Shown here: piece by piece, positions 41,418-51,692 of the stretch
Layout: each line of letters begins with the position of its first letter
How positions within the stretch are numbered: position 1 is the first letter of the stretch
Assembly (NCBI GenBank): GCA_963704885.1
Contig: CAVPIB010000004.1
Location: 864,001-928,000 of the forward strand
Length of the DNA: 64,000 nucleotides
Origin: an uncultured Actinomycetes bacterium
Lineage (GTDB): Bacteria; Actinomycetota; UBA4738; HRBIN12
Direction: 5' to 3'
The notes under the pieces: model-generated
What the model saw: the letters and a program-made list of their open reading frames with translations, nothing else
What the model was told of the DNA's origin: nothing
Database searches by the model: none
Program-made: the position numbers and the translations under genes

Positions 41418-42209
41418 CTATCTAGCTGGCAGGCACCCAGCTTCCCGCCCGAGGAGCGCGAGTCCCTTCAGATCGCCTGGGCCCCAATCCGTCAACGACT
41501 GGTCGGGATACCGGGCATGTCGGCCCCGCACCCGCGAGGACCACATCAGCTCATGCGCGGAACCAACGTGCCCAAGTCCCATGACGTGCGCCAGCTCATG
41601 CATGAGCACCGGACCCATGCTGTAGCGCGACCCGAAACCGGCGGGGAGCCCCTGATCGGCGTCGATCGCCACCACTCCGCTCACGTACTCATGCGCGAGG
41701 TCGCCGTCGCCGCGTGCCGGCAGGCCGAACGCGATCGCATGATCGCCGTCGGTCAGGAACGTGAAGTGATCCTCGGGGACGAACGCGATCAGCAGCGGCA
41801 GGTACCGGGGCTCATCCGGCAGGTTGGCCTGGAACGAGGCGCCGATCTGCTGATCCACCGTGATGACCGTGGATCCGTCATCTACGAACCGTATGCCCGT
41901 GGCGGACGACACCCGGTCGATCGCCTCCCGGATGTCCGCTGCCGAGCCGGCCGGACGATGCCTCTCGTTCACCAAGTAGTGGACCGGCTGACAGGGATTC
42001 CACCGATACGGCGACCCATCCGGCAGCTGCTCCAGGAAGGCGTGCTCGCCTGGAGGCGCCACCAGTACCGCGGCGGCGGGCAGGACGAACGCCACGACCA
42101 TGAGCACGAGGGCGACCACCAAGAGTCCGGTCCGCCGCTGAGCCACGGGGGGCGGGGGCAGAGGCGGCGGAGTATGGAAGCCCGGGGGCGCGGGCAGGTC
42201 CATGGCCAT
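41418..42209 (-). CDS. Matrixin-like (M10) zinc metalloprotease, membrane-anchored
   Basis: HELAHVMGLGH zinc motif, Met-turn ELM and N-terminal TM segment. Confidence 0.85.
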   Translation of the reverse strand: MAMDLPAPPGFHTPPPLPPPPVAQRRTGLLVVALVLMVVAFVLPAAAVLVAPPGEHAFLEQLPDGSPYRWNPCQPVHYLVNERHRPAGSAADIREAIDRVSSATGIRFVDDGSTVITVDQQIGASFQANLPDEPRYLPLLIAFVPEDHFTFLTDGDHAIAFGLPARGDGDLAHEYVSGVVAIDADQGLPAGFGSRYSMGPVLMHELAHVMGLGHVGSAHELMWSSRVRGRHARYPDQSLTDWGPGDLKGLALLGREAGCLPAR

Positions 42210-43048
42210 CAGCCGGGTTCCTCGTTCTCCGGTTCCAGCAGATGCCGGTAGATCCGGTTCGCCGACGTATCGTGGCGCTCCGCCACGATCCGGGCGGCAT
42301 CTCGGGCCCGGGTCCCCTCGGCGACCAAGACGCGCGCCTCCCCGACCAGATCCCGGGCGTCCTCAGCGGCCGGATCCGCCCCGGCGATCACCACGACCAC
42401 CTCGCCCTTCAACGGCTCGTCACCCATACGCTCCAGGAGCTCCGACAGCCGACCGCGAAGCACCTCTTCGTGGAGCTTCGTCAGCTCGCGCGCCACCGCC
42501 GCCCGCCGATCGCCGAGCGCGATCAGGGTCTCGGCCAGCATCGCCCGCAGCCGCTTGGGCGACTCGAAGCACACGATGGTTCGCGGGTCGTCGGCCAGTG
42601 ACGCCATCCGGCGGCCGCGCTCCCCCGCCTTTCGCGGCCAGAACCCCTCGAACACGAACCTGTCGGTCGGCAGTCCGGAGACGGCGAGCGCTGCGATAGC
42701 GGCCGACGGACCCGGCACGACCCGTACGTCTATGCCCTCGGCGGCGCACGCGCGGACCAACCGGAATCCCGGGTCGGAGATGGTGGGCATACCGCCGTCG
42801 GTAACGAGCGCCACCGTCGCGCCTTCGCGCAGCCGCCGCATCACCTCCTCGGTCCGCTCACGTTCGTTGCCCTCGAAGAACGACAGGAGGCGCCGATCCG
42901 GAAGCTCCATGTGGGCCAGCAGCCGGCCCGTCCGTCTGGTGTCCTCGGCGGCGATCAGGTCGGCGGCGGCCAGCGTCTCTCGGACACGGGGAGCCAGATC
43001 GCCCAGGTTGCCGATCGGCGTTCCCACCAGGAAGAGCGTTCCGGTCAC
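42209..43048 (-). CDS. rsmI: 16S rRNA C1402 2'-O-methyltransferase
   Basis: LVGTPIGNLGD, AEDTR, GMPTISDPG, FESPKR and ARELTKLHEE; GTG at 43048. Confidence 0.95.
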   Translation of the reverse strand: MTGTLFLVGTPIGNLGDLAPRVRETLAAADLIAAEDTRRTGRLLAHMELPDRRLLSFFEGNERERTEEVMRRLREGATVALVTDGGMPTISDPGFRLVRACAAEGIDVRVVPGPSAAIAALAVSGLPTDRFVFEGFWPRKAGERGRRMASLADDPRTIVCFESPKRLRAMLAETLIALGDRRAAVARELTKLHEEVLRGRLSELLERMGDEPLKGEVVVVIAGADPAAEDARDLVGEARVLVAEGTRARDAARIVAERHDTSANRIYRHLLEPENEEPG

Positions 43049-43100
43049 GCATCGATGGTGGCAGGATGTCCCGCCTACGGCCACGACCAGGAGCGCGCAG

Positions 43101-43538
43101 ATGGCGAGCGACGACAAGGACTACTCGGGAACCCCGCTGCCGAAGAAGCTCGGCATCCGCGAAGGCTCTCGCGTCATGCTCGTCAACGCGCCCGACGGAT
43201 TCGTCGACCTCCTAGCGCCCATGCCGGACGGGGTGACGATGCTGAAGAAGGCCAGCGGGACGATCGAAGTCGCCGTACTGTTCGCCCTGGAACGGACCGA
43301 TCTGATCGAGTGGTTCGACCGGCTCGCAGCCTCGCTCGCAACCCCCGGACGTCTGTGGATCGCCTGGCCCAAGAAGGCCTCGAAGGTCCCCACAGACATC
43401 GACTTCGCGTTCGCGCAGGGGATCGGCTTAGACGCCGGTCTGGTCGACAACAAGAGCGCATCGATCACCGACGTGTATCAGGGGCTTCAGTTCGTCTACC
43501 GCCTTAGGGATCGTCCGAAGTCGCCGCCGGTACGCTGA
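43101..43538 (+). CDS. DUF3052-family protein
   Basis: YSGTPLPKKLGI, LWIAWPKK and GLVDNK. Confidence 0.78.
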   Translation: MASDDKDYSGTPLPKKLGIREGSRVMLVNAPDGFVDLLAPMPDGVTMLKKASGTIEVAVLFALERTDLIEWFDRLAASLATPGRLWIAWPKKASKVPTDIDFAFAQGIGLDAGLVDNKSASITDVYQGLQFVYRLRDRPKSPPVR

Positions 43539-43542
43539 CGCG

Positions 43543-45081
43543 GTGTCCGCGCTCCTGCAACGATTGAACCGTCCCGTCATAGCCATCCTCGCGGTGACCG
43601 CGATCGCCGCGGGTGTGCGGTTCACCGACCTGGGCGAGCCAACCGATCTGATCTTCGACGAACTCTATTACGCGAAGGCCGGCTGCATCCTGATCGGCGA
43701 GAGCGACAAGGTCTGCATGGTCGACAGCCATGACGAGCATTACTGGCGCGACAACAAGTGGGACACGGGCTCGTGGGTCCACCCGCCGCTCGGCAAATGG
43801 ATGGTCGGGCTCGGTGAGAAGGCGTTCGGTGTGACGCCGTTCGGATGGCGGTTCTCCTCGGCGTTCATCGGAACGCTAACCGTGACCTTGCTCGCGGTCA
43901 TCGCGCTCCTTCTGTTCGGGAGCCCGCTCTGGACGTTCGTGGCTGGGACGTTGCTCGCACTCGAGCATCTGAACGTGGTGCAGTCGCGTGTGGCGCTGCT
44001 GGACATACACCTGGAGTTCTGGGTGGTCCTGGGGTTCTTGTTCCTGGTCCTTGACCGGCGATGGATCGACCGTCGAACCCCGCCAGAGCCGGAGGCCGAA
44101 CCGGAGGTCGAAGCCGAACCGGAGGTCGAAGCCGAACCGGAGGCCGAGGCCGAACCGCTCACTCATCAACGGATGGGGGCCGCGCTGCCGTTCCCGGTCT
44201 GGCGACCATGGCGGTTCGCGACCGGGCTCGCGCTGGGCGCGGCGTTCAGCGTGAAGTGGTCCGGCGCCACAGCGATCCTCTGCGCCGTGATCCTGTCGTT
44301 CGCGTGGGAGACGACCCGGCGTCACCGGGGACACGTCTCGCGCAGGCGGGCGTTCGTCCGCACCGTCACGCAGGAGAGCTTAGGGCTCGTGATCGCGTTC
44401 CTATTGATACCGCTCGCTGTGTACATGGTCATGTACTTACCGTGGTTCAACCACTTCGGGTGGAGCCTGGGGTCGTGGTGGGAGAACCAGACCGCCATGC
44501 TCAGGTATCACAGCGAGTTGAAGGCCACGGCGCTGAACGCCGCCAACGGCGCATTCACGCCTACGCACCCCTACTATTCGCGGGCCTGGACTTGGCCGTT
44601 CATGCTGCGTCCCGTCAACTTCTACTACCGGGATCTCGGGGCGAGCGTCGCTCAGATCCTCGCCGTGGGCAACCCGGCGATCTTCTGGGGGAGCGTCTGG
44701 GCCGCCCCGTACGTGGCGATCATCTGGCGCCGTCGCGGCGATTGGCGAGCCGGATTCATCACGACGGCCCTGTTCTGTCAGTACCTGCCGTGGCTCCTTG
44801 TTCCAAGGCCGCAGTTCTTTTTCTATGTGCTGACGCTCACGCCGTTCATGGTGCTCGCGGTGGTGTACGTGATGCGCGACCTGTCTTCGGCCACGATCGT
44901 TTTGAGGGATCACTCTTCAGGTGAGCGGGTGGAGTCCGCCCGCCACCCCTACCTGCCGTTCGTCTGGGGGTACGTGCTGGTGGCCGTGGGACTCTTCCTT
45001 TGGTTCTGGCCTGTGCTGGTTGGGAACCCTCTCTCGCGCACCATGTGGAAGGCACGTGTCTGGTTCCGCGGGTGGGTCTGA
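43543..45081 (+). CDS. pmt: Polyprenol-phosphate-mannose--protein O-mannosyltransferase (GT39)
   Basis: FDELYY, VHPPLGKW, FGWRF, VKWSG, HPYYS and GNPAIFW; multiple TM segments; divergent from rsmI as in other actinobacteria. Confidence 0.9.
   Translation: MSALLQRLNRPVIAILAVTAIAAGVRFTDLGEPTDLIFDELYYAKAGCILIGESDKVCMVDSHDEHYWRDNKWDTGSWVHPPLGKWMVGLGEKAFGVTPFGWRFSSAFIGTLTVTLLAVIALLLFGSPLWTFVAGTLLALEHLNVVQSRVALLDIHLEFWVVLGFLFLVLDRRWIDRRTPPEPEAEPEVEAEPEVEAEPEAEAEPLTHQRMGAALPFPVWRPWRFATGLALGAAFSVKWSGATAILCAVILSFAWETTRRHRGHVSRRRAFVRTVTQESLGLVIAFLLIPLAVYMVMYLPWFNHFGWSLGSWWENQTAMLRYHSELKATALNAANGAFTPTHPYYSRAWTWPFMLRPVNFYYRDLGASVAQILAVGNPAIFWGSVWAAPYVAIIWRRRGDWRAGFITTALFCQYLPWLLVPRPQFFFYVLTLTPFMVLAVVYVMRDLSSATIVLRDHSSGERVESARHPYLPFVWGYVLVAVGLFLWFWPVLVGNPLSRTMWKARVWFRGWV
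44086..44157 (+). repeat. 18-bp tandem repeat encoding EPEVEA units inside pmt
   Basis: GAACCGGAGGTCGAAGCC repeated, with degenerate flanking copies. Confidence 0.85.
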
Positions 45082-45154
45082 CCTGACCGTGGATCGCATC
45101 CGCGACGAGCGCACCCGGCCCGCCGCTCCGCCGTCCAGCTAGCCTTCTCGGTCG

Positions 45155-47110
45155 ATGCCCACCAAGCAGCACGTCACCATCGCGATGGCCGACGGCATGC
45201 GATTGGCCGTCAGCCTGTTCCTGCCCGACGACGACGGGCCGTGGCCGGCGATCCTGGAGGCGCTCCCCTACCGCAAGGACGACAACACGGCGTCGTACCG
45301 CCCCGAGTACGTGCGCCTGGCGGAGGCCGGGTACGTGGTCTGCCGGGTGGACGTGCGCGGCACCGGCTCGTCTCAAGGGATCGCGGAGGACGAGTATCCG
45401 GCTGTGGAACGCACGGACCTGCTCACGGTGATCGACTGGCTGGCGACGCAGGACTGGTCGACAGGTTCGGTGGGCATGTACGGCACGAGCTACTCGGGGT
45501 TCAACTCGATCCAGCTGGCCATGGAACACCCGCCCGCGCTGAAGGCGATCATCCCGATCTTCGCGACCGACGACTGCTACGGCGACGACGTCCACTATTT
45601 CGGCGGCGCGCTCAAGCAGCTCGACGTCGTCGACTACCCCACCTACATGATCGCGATGAACGCGCTACCACCCGTACCGTCGATCTACGGCGACGGATGG
45701 CGCGAGGAATGGGCCCGGCGCGTAGCGGAGACCGAGCCGTGGGTCCTGACTTGGCTCGCGCACCAGCGCGCCGACGACTACTGGCGGTTCGGCTCGCTCC
45801 GCCCGGACTACGAACGGATCGAGGCGGCCACCATGATCGTGGCGGGGTGGGCCGACGGCTACCGGAACAACTCGCTGCGGACGTTCGCAGGGCTCCGCTG
45901 TCCGAAACGCGTGGTGATGGGTCCGTGGGCCCACGCCTCCACCGACACGTCGCTCCCCGGTCCGAATGTCGACCTGGTCCCCGAGATGCTCCGCTGGTGG
46001 GACCGGTGGCTGAAGGGAGTCGACAACGGGATCGACCGCGAAGCGCCGATAGTGCTGTTCGCTCAGCGGTCAACACGGCCTGGACCCACGCGTCCGGAGA
46101 TGCGCGGCGCATGGCGGTACGAGCCTACGTGGCCCGCCGAGCGGCTCCGGCCGACCGAGCTGAGGCTCGGCGATGCCGAGGCTCCGGCGGGCGACACGCT
46201 CGTGGTCCGAGGCGACGTCGGGTGGACCGCCTGGATCTCGTGCGCGGGACACCTGCCATGGGGACAGCCCGACGACCAGCGTCCGGACGAGGCGTTCTCG
46301 CTCGCCTACACGTGGCCCGCCCTGGAGGACGAGCTGGAGATCTTGGGTCACGCACGGCTGCGACTGACCGTCAGGTCCACGGCGCCGATCGCCTACCTGT
46401 CCGCGAAGCTCTGCGACGTATTCCCCGACGGATCGTCGTCGTTGGTCGCGCGCGGCATGCTGAACCTGACGCATCGCGACTCTCGGGAGACGCCCTCACC
46501 GCTCGAGCGCGGCCGCCCCTACGAGGTCACCTTCGACCTGGAGGTGGCGTCGTGGACGTTCGAAGCCGGGCATCGCGTGCGGCTGGACCTGGCCGGCACC
46601 GACTGGCCCAACGCGTGGACTCCGCCCGAGCCGGTCACGCTCCGGATCGATCGAGCGACGGCCACCCTCACGCTTCCCGTGCTGGACGGGCCATCGCCGG
46701 TCGGCGACGTGCCGTCGTTCGCCCCGGCGCGCCGGGGCAACGAGGCCATCCCCAACCGCGGGCACGACAGCTACGCCTGGCGGATCGAGCACGACGTGCC
46801 TTCGGGGGAGACGCGCGCCGTGGTTGGGAACTGGGGCGACTACCCCGCCAAGGACGAGGTCCCGCCGTTCGCCGAGCGATACGCGGGGACGGTGACCGTT
46901 CGGCCGGATGACCCGGGGCGAGCCAGCGCCCACGGGGAGGCCTCTTTCGAGATGCGCTGGCCCGAGGCCACGTGTGCGACCGACGTGACGCTCGACGTCC
47001 AGAGCGACCGCGACGCCTATCGGGTGCGGATCGATCTCATGGTTCGCGAGGACGGGCGGGAGCGATGGCACCGGACCTGGGATCGAACCATCCCCCGCGA
47101 CCACCAGTAG
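45155..47110 (+). CDS. CocE/NonD-family serine hydrolase
   Basis: EALPYRKD, VDVRGTGSS, GTSYSG nucleophile, GWADGY and GPWAH. Confidence 0.92.
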   Translation: MPTKQHVTIAMADGMRLAVSLFLPDDDGPWPAILEALPYRKDDNTASYRPEYVRLAEAGYVVCRVDVRGTGSSQGIAEDEYPAVERTDLLTVIDWLATQDWSTGSVGMYGTSYSGFNSIQLAMEHPPALKAIIPIFATDDCYGDDVHYFGGALKQLDVVDYPTYMIAMNALPPVPSIYGDGWREEWARRVAETEPWVLTWLAHQRADDYWRFGSLRPDYERIEAATMIVAGWADGYRNNSLRTFAGLRCPKRVVMGPWAHASTDTSLPGPNVDLVPEMLRWWDRWLKGVDNGIDREAPIVLFAQRSTRPGPTRPEMRGAWRYEPTWPAERLRPTELRLGDAEAPAGDTLVVRGDVGWTAWISCAGHLPWGQPDDQRPDEAFSLAYTWPALEDELEILGHARLRLTVRSTAPIAYLSAKLCDVFPDGSSSLVARGMLNLTHRDSRETPSPLERGRPYEVTFDLEVASWTFEAGHRVRLDLAGTDWPNAWTPPEPVTLRIDRATATLTLPVLDGPSPVGDVPSFAPARRGNEAIPNRGHDSYAWRIEHDVPSGETRAVVGNWGDYPAKDEVPPFAERYAGTVTVRPDDPGRASAHGEASFEMRWPEATCATDVTLDVQSDRDAYRVRIDLMVREDGRERWHRTWDRTIPRDHQ

Positions 47111-47122
47111 CCCCCAGACACA

Positions 47123-47153
47123 CGAAACCCCGGCGCGCTGGCCGGGGGTTTCG
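47123..47153. terminator. GC-rich hairpin terminator, probably bidirectional
   Basis: CGAAACCCCGGC-GCGCTG-GCCGGGGGTTTCG, 12 nt after the CocE stop. Confidence 0.75.
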
Positions 47154-47397
47154 GTCTTGATGGGATATCCCTTCAGAAGGATACCAGTGTTCCCGCTTTG
47201 GGCAGCCCGGCTTCGGCGGCGGCGGCTTCCGCGGTCCCGTGACAACCGATCGACACCCCAGGCCGTGCTCCCAGCGGGCGGGCGTCCACAGGTTGACGGA
47301 TGCCACCTGCAGAGATAGGCGTCAACCTGTTGACGCCTCGCGAGGACGCGACCCTAGATCCGCGTCTACCCGTTGACACACGCCCGGAGATGCCCGC

Positions 47398-48147
47398 TCA
47401 CGAGAAGCCTGGGAGGTGCTCGCGGAAGAGTATGAACCCGATCCCGGCCGCGACGTCCAGCAGGAAGTGCGCGATCACGAACGGCCAGGTCCGCCGGATC
47501 CGAAGGAACGCGACGCCGAAGAGCACGCCCATCGCCAGGTTTCCCAGGAACCCGCCCCACCCCTGATAGAGGTGATACGAGCCGCGCAGGAGCGCGCTCG
47601 CCGCCACCGCCGCGAAGGGGCTCCACGCGAGCTGCCGCAGACGCGTGATCAGGTAGCCGACGACGATCACCTCTTCGAGCAGGGCCGCGGCGGCAGCGTT
47701 CAGTAGCAGTAGAGGGACGGTCCACCAGTGACCGAGCGGCGGCACCGGGACCACGAACCGGTTCACGCCGAGCGCGACGGCGCCAAGGTAGACGGCCAGC
47801 CCGCCGAGGCCCACCACCGCGAAGAACGCAACCCCGAGCTTGATGTCGGAGCGGGGCCGATCCCAGGCCAAGCCGATCGCGACCGTGCCCTCTCCGCTCC
47901 TGTGCAACAGATGCACGACGAGCCAAACGGGCGCCAGGCCGAACATGAGGCCGACCAGCTGTCGCGCCAGCTCGTTGCTCTGGCTCACCGACGCCACGGT
48001 GACACCCCTGAGCGGCGCCGATAGCAGGTTCAGCACCGCGTAGGCGGCGCTCGCCAGCAGCGAGAGCGCCAGCACCACCAAGATCTCTTCGCGGAGCGTT
48101 CGACGGTCCAGGGAAGTGGTCGGACCCGGGCGCGGCTCGGCCTGCAT
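47398..48147 (-). CDS. CPBP (CAAX/Abi) intramembrane metalloprotease
   Basis: LLEEVIVVGY, RGSYHLYQG and IAHFLLD. Confidence 0.88.
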   Translation of the reverse strand: MQAEPRPGPTTSLDRRTLREEILVVLALSLLASAAYAVLNLLSAPLRGVTVASVSQSNELARQLVGLMFGLAPVWLVVHLLHRSGEGTVAIGLAWDRPRSDIKLGVAFFAVVGLGGLAVYLGAVALGVNRFVVPVPPLGHWWTVPLLLLNAAAAALLEEVIVVGYLITRLRQLAWSPFAAVAASALLRGSYHLYQGWGGFLGNLAMGVLFGVAFLRIRRTWPFVIAHFLLDVAAGIGFILFREHLPGFS

Positions 48148-48222
48148 CCTGTAACGGTACGCCTCCTACAGGTTCCAGCCCGGCCATCGATACACTCCGC
48201 GCACACCGAGGCGGAGGGATCC

Positions 48223-49439
48223 ATGGCGAAGCGCGAGACGGCAGACCTGGTGGTGGTCGGCGCCGGCATGGTTGGAGGGTGGGCCTCGTGGTTCGCGGCC
48301 ACCGACGGCGCCGATCGGGTCATCGTCCTCGAGAGGGACCTGGCCGGGCAGGGCGCGTCTAGCCGCGCGGCCGGCATGGTGCGCGCCCAGGGGGGCACGC
48401 CGACGACCGTCGCGCTCGGCATGTTCTCGATCGACTTCTACAACCGGCAACGCGACCTGATCGGCACGGACTCCGGGTTCCGCGAGCTGGGATACCTGAT
48501 CCTGGCCACCACCTCACGTGATGAACGCGATGGACTCGACCGCGTCGCGATGCAGCGCGAGGCAGGACTCGACGCGCGCTGGGTAGATGCTGCGGAGGCC
48601 TGTCGACTGAACCCGACCCTCGCCACCCAGGGGCATAGAGGAGGGAGCTACTGCGCCACGGACGGGTCGATCGATCCGCCGCGCAACGTCAGGGCGTACT
48701 CGCTGGCGATGCAACAGGCGGGCGTGCAACTGCGGGAACGGACGCCCTTCATCGGCCTGCGGACCGCAGCGGCGCGCGGCGGGCGGCGGCGCGTCACGGG
48801 CGTGCATACCCCCGACGGCGTGATCGCCACCGAGCGCGTGATCCTCACGGGCGGCCCAACCCTGCGAGCCGTGGGAAGCTGATCGGCGCCCGGATCTTCG
48901 CCGGAGGCGCGCGGCACCAGGTCGTCCTGACGGAGCCGCATCCAGCGTTCGACGTCGAACGACAGCCGATGACGTTCGACGTAAGGGCGGGGATCTACTG
49001 GCGCCTGGAGGAAGGCGGACTCCTGTGGGGGATGTCCAACCCGAAGGAGGCGCCCGGCCCGGCCCTGCAGGTGGACTGGGCCTACCTCCGTCGTATGGAG
49101 CGCCGCCTCCACAAGCTGGTGCCAGTGACACGGGATCTCGGGATACGCAAGGCTTGGTGCGGGACGATCGACTACACCTCGGACCACTTACCCATCCTCG
49201 GCGCCGCGATCACCACGGATGGGGTGACGATCGAGGGAACGACCGTCGCTTCGCCGGGCGGCCACGGCATGATGTGGGGCCCGGCGGTCGCGCGTGCGGC
49301 CGCCGACCTGGCGCTGCACGGTCGAACCGACGTCATCGATGTCACCGACCTGGGGATGGATCGGTTCGACGAACACGGCCGGAGTCCCTTCTACGATCCG
49401 ATCGCGTTGCCCTTCCCGCCCAGCGCAGGCGACGACTGA
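48223..49439 (+). CDS. FAD-dependent oxidoreductase (DAO/sarcosine oxidase beta-like), frameshift near 48875
   Basis: GAGMVG, GASSRAAG and DGSIDP in the first frame. YTSDHLPILG and GHGMMWGPAV follow in the second frame. Confidence 0.85.
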
Positions 49440-49441
49440 CG

Positions 49442-50917
49442 TCAGCGGATCAGCGCGGCCAGATAGCTGAACGCCATCCTGTCGGCCCTGGACGCTCCGT
49501 TGCAGGAGTACGCTCCGCCCGTCCAGCATCGATAACTCGTGCTGGCGTTCGCGTAGACGAGCACCACTCGCCTGACCTGACGCCGACCGAACGGAACGCT
49601 GAGATCGGCGTCGCCGTGGGCGTCCAGCCAAACCGGGATCACACGTAGGTACCCGGCGCGCGTGATCACCATCACACGCGCCGCCGAGCCCGTGCGGGTG
49701 GGCGGCGCGTCGAGCGCGAGACGCAGCGACGCGCGGGCCGGCGCAGCCCGACCCGGGGCGAACGACACCGCGCCGGTCGTCAGATGGTTCAACCGCACGG
49801 TCGCCCAGCCCGCGATCGGATGTTGTTGCGTGAGCCGGTGGCGCCGGACGGTCGGCGCGTGGGGATACGCGGCCCCCTCCTGATAGAAGGCCGAGGGCAC
49901 CAGGTTCCAGATCCCGAATCCAGCCAGGGCGCCGCCCATGGTTCGGTCCCGTTGCTCGAGAGCCTTGGCCACCGCTCGAGCGGAGAACAGGTCGGGGCTC
50001 CCGGGGCTGGAGGCAGCGAGCTCCCACACGCGACGTACGAACGACGTGTCGACGCCTCCGCGAGCCAGGCTCTCGGTCAGGTAACGGAAGAAGATCCAGG
50101 CGCCGTACTCGTGATCGCCCTCGCTGCTGTCGATCGGGACCCATGGTTGTGTGAGCGGACTGGCGCGCAACCACTCGCGGTTCGCGTTCACGTCATCAGC
50201 GAACTGATCCTCCATCCAAGCGGCGGTGCCCTCCATCAACCAGCGATCCTCGCCCGAGTCATAGGCGTACTGAACGGCGTGGAAGAGCTCATGCGCAGCG
50301 GTCACGCGGAGGCCGCCCTGTCCGCCGCTGGATCCCAGCTGCCACGTGGCGAAGTCGTCGTCCACCACCACGTAGGCAGAGTAGTCGCGGTATGCATACC
50401 CACCGTCGCTCGCGTGGGGATCGTCGGTCGCCACGTAGCCCGCCAGGTCGTTAAGGCCGACATCCGCAAGGTACACGTCGAGCCGGCCGTCGGGCCCATG
50501 GTCCTGGGAGCTGGCATCGGGTTTGGGCGGGCGGAACCCCAGGCGACCGACCTCGAATGCCCAGGCGGACTCGAAAGCAGAGAGCGTTCGCTCTACCTGA
50601 TCGGGAGCGCCGTCATCATCGGCGTCGTTCAGGGGTGGGGCGTCCGCAGTGGAGGACACCCAATGGACGCACACGTGCTTGCCGCAGACATGACGGCTTG
50701 GCGCCGAGTAGCCGTGACCTTCCGGATCCCCGCCTCCGTCGGTCGGACGCAGGCGAAGCTCGATCGCCGAAGCGCGGCCCAGCCGATCGGATCCGGCGGG
50801 ATCCACCGTGATCGGCGAGACCCGGGGGACGGAGGACGCGACGATGAACAGCACGAGCGCGGATCCCGAGCGCCCGAGGACGCGCGTGAACGGATGGCCG
50901 GCCATCTCCCTCCCCAT
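49442..50917 (-). CDS. Secreted zinc metallopeptidase (MXAN_6640-like)
   Basis: Signal-like N-terminus, HELFHAVQY and WLMEGTA. Confidence 0.78.
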   Translation of the reverse strand: MGREMAGHPFTRVLGRSGSALVLFIVASSVPRVSPITVDPAGSDRLGRASAIELRLRPTDGGGDPEGHGYSAPSRHVCGKHVCVHWVSSTADAPPLNDADDDGAPDQVERTLSAFESAWAFEVGRLGFRPPKPDASSQDHGPDGRLDVYLADVGLNDLAGYVATDDPHASDGGYAYRDYSAYVVVDDDFATWQLGSSGGQGGLRVTAAHELFHAVQYAYDSGEDRWLMEGTAAWMEDQFADDVNANREWLRASPLTQPWVPIDSSEGDHEYGAWIFFRYLTESLARGGVDTSFVRRVWELAASSPGSPDLFSARAVAKALEQRDRTMGGALAGFGIWNLVPSAFYQEGAAYPHAPTVRRHRLTQQHPIAGWATVRLNHLTTGAVSFAPGRAAPARASLRLALDAPPTRTGSAARVMVITRAGYLRVIPVWLDAHGDADLSVPFGRRQVRRVVLVYANASTSYRCWTGGAYSCNGASRADRMAFSYLAALIR

Positions 50918-51045
50918 GCCGGTCGAGGGCGCCGTCGGGGCTGGTCAGGGGGCCCGAGGTCGCCGGCGCCATCGTCAGGCGTGGGCGCGGGCTACGTCAA
51001 TCGGCCGTAAGGCCGGATGGGCGGCGTACGTCGCAGGTCGGATGG

Positions 51046-51279
51046 CTAGAGCTGCAGAACCGGGCAGGTGAGGGTTCGCGTTATGCCTTCGATCTCCTGC
51101 ATGGGCATCACGATCCCCTTGGCCAGGGCGTCCAGGTCGGCCGCCTCCGCCCGCGCGATCACGTCGTATGGGCCGGTCACGCCGTCAACCATGGCCACAC
51201 CGTCGATCGCTCGGATCAACTCGGTGACCTGTCCGGCCTTGCCGACCTCGGTCTGCACCAGGATGTATGCGTTGACCAT
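51046..51279 (-). CDS. Stand-alone Lrp/AsnC ligand-binding domain protein
   Basis: AYILVQTEVG, VTGPYDVI and GITRTLTCPV. Confidence 0.88.
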   Translation of the reverse strand: MVNAYILVQTEVGKAGQVTELIRAIDGVAMVDGVTGPYDVIARAEAADLDALAKGIVMPMQEIEGITRTLTCPVLQL

Positions 51280-51293
51280 CTCGCTCCCCTCCG

Positions 51294-51620
51294 CTAGCTG
51301 CTCGACGCACCGTCCGTATCGTCACCTTCGTCGCTCTCGTCACCCTTGTCGCTCTTGTCGCCGCCGATGGCATCCTTCGCCTTGTCCAGCAGGCTTCCGG
51401 CGACGTCGCCGGCCTTGTCCACCAGCGGCTTGGCCTTCTCCACCACATCGCCGGTGACGTCCTTCGCCTTGTCGAAACCCTTGCCCGCCGCGTGGCCCGC
51501 CTTGTCGAGGAGCGGCTTGGTCTTCTCGACCACGCTGCCCGTGACGCCCTTCGCCGTGTCGACGACCCCTCCGGCCACGTCCTTCGCCTTGTCGACGAGG
51601 CCCTTATCCTCCTCCGCCAT
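51294..51620 (-). CDS. Small hydrophilic protein with 11-mer amphipathic repeats (LEA-like)
   Basis: Repeats LVDKAKDVAGG, VVDTAKGVTGS and LLDKAGHAAGK; GGAGG SD upstream. Confidence 0.75.
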   Translation of the reverse strand: MAEEDKGLVDKAKDVAGGVVDTAKGVTGSVVEKTKPLLDKAGHAAGKGFDKAKDVTGDVVEKAKPLVDKAGDVAGSLLDKAKDAIGGDKSDKGDESDEGDDTDGASSS

Positions 51621-51692
51621 CGCGTGCCTCCTTGTCGGGGATGGATCACCTATCGTGACAGCCCACGCCGGGAACGTCTAACCGACCGAACC

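Noticed and set aside
51003-51045. REP-like sequence GTAAGGCCGGATGGGCGGCG
   Set aside because: Single copy and imperfect palindrome; the resemblance to enterobacterial REP is probably chance.
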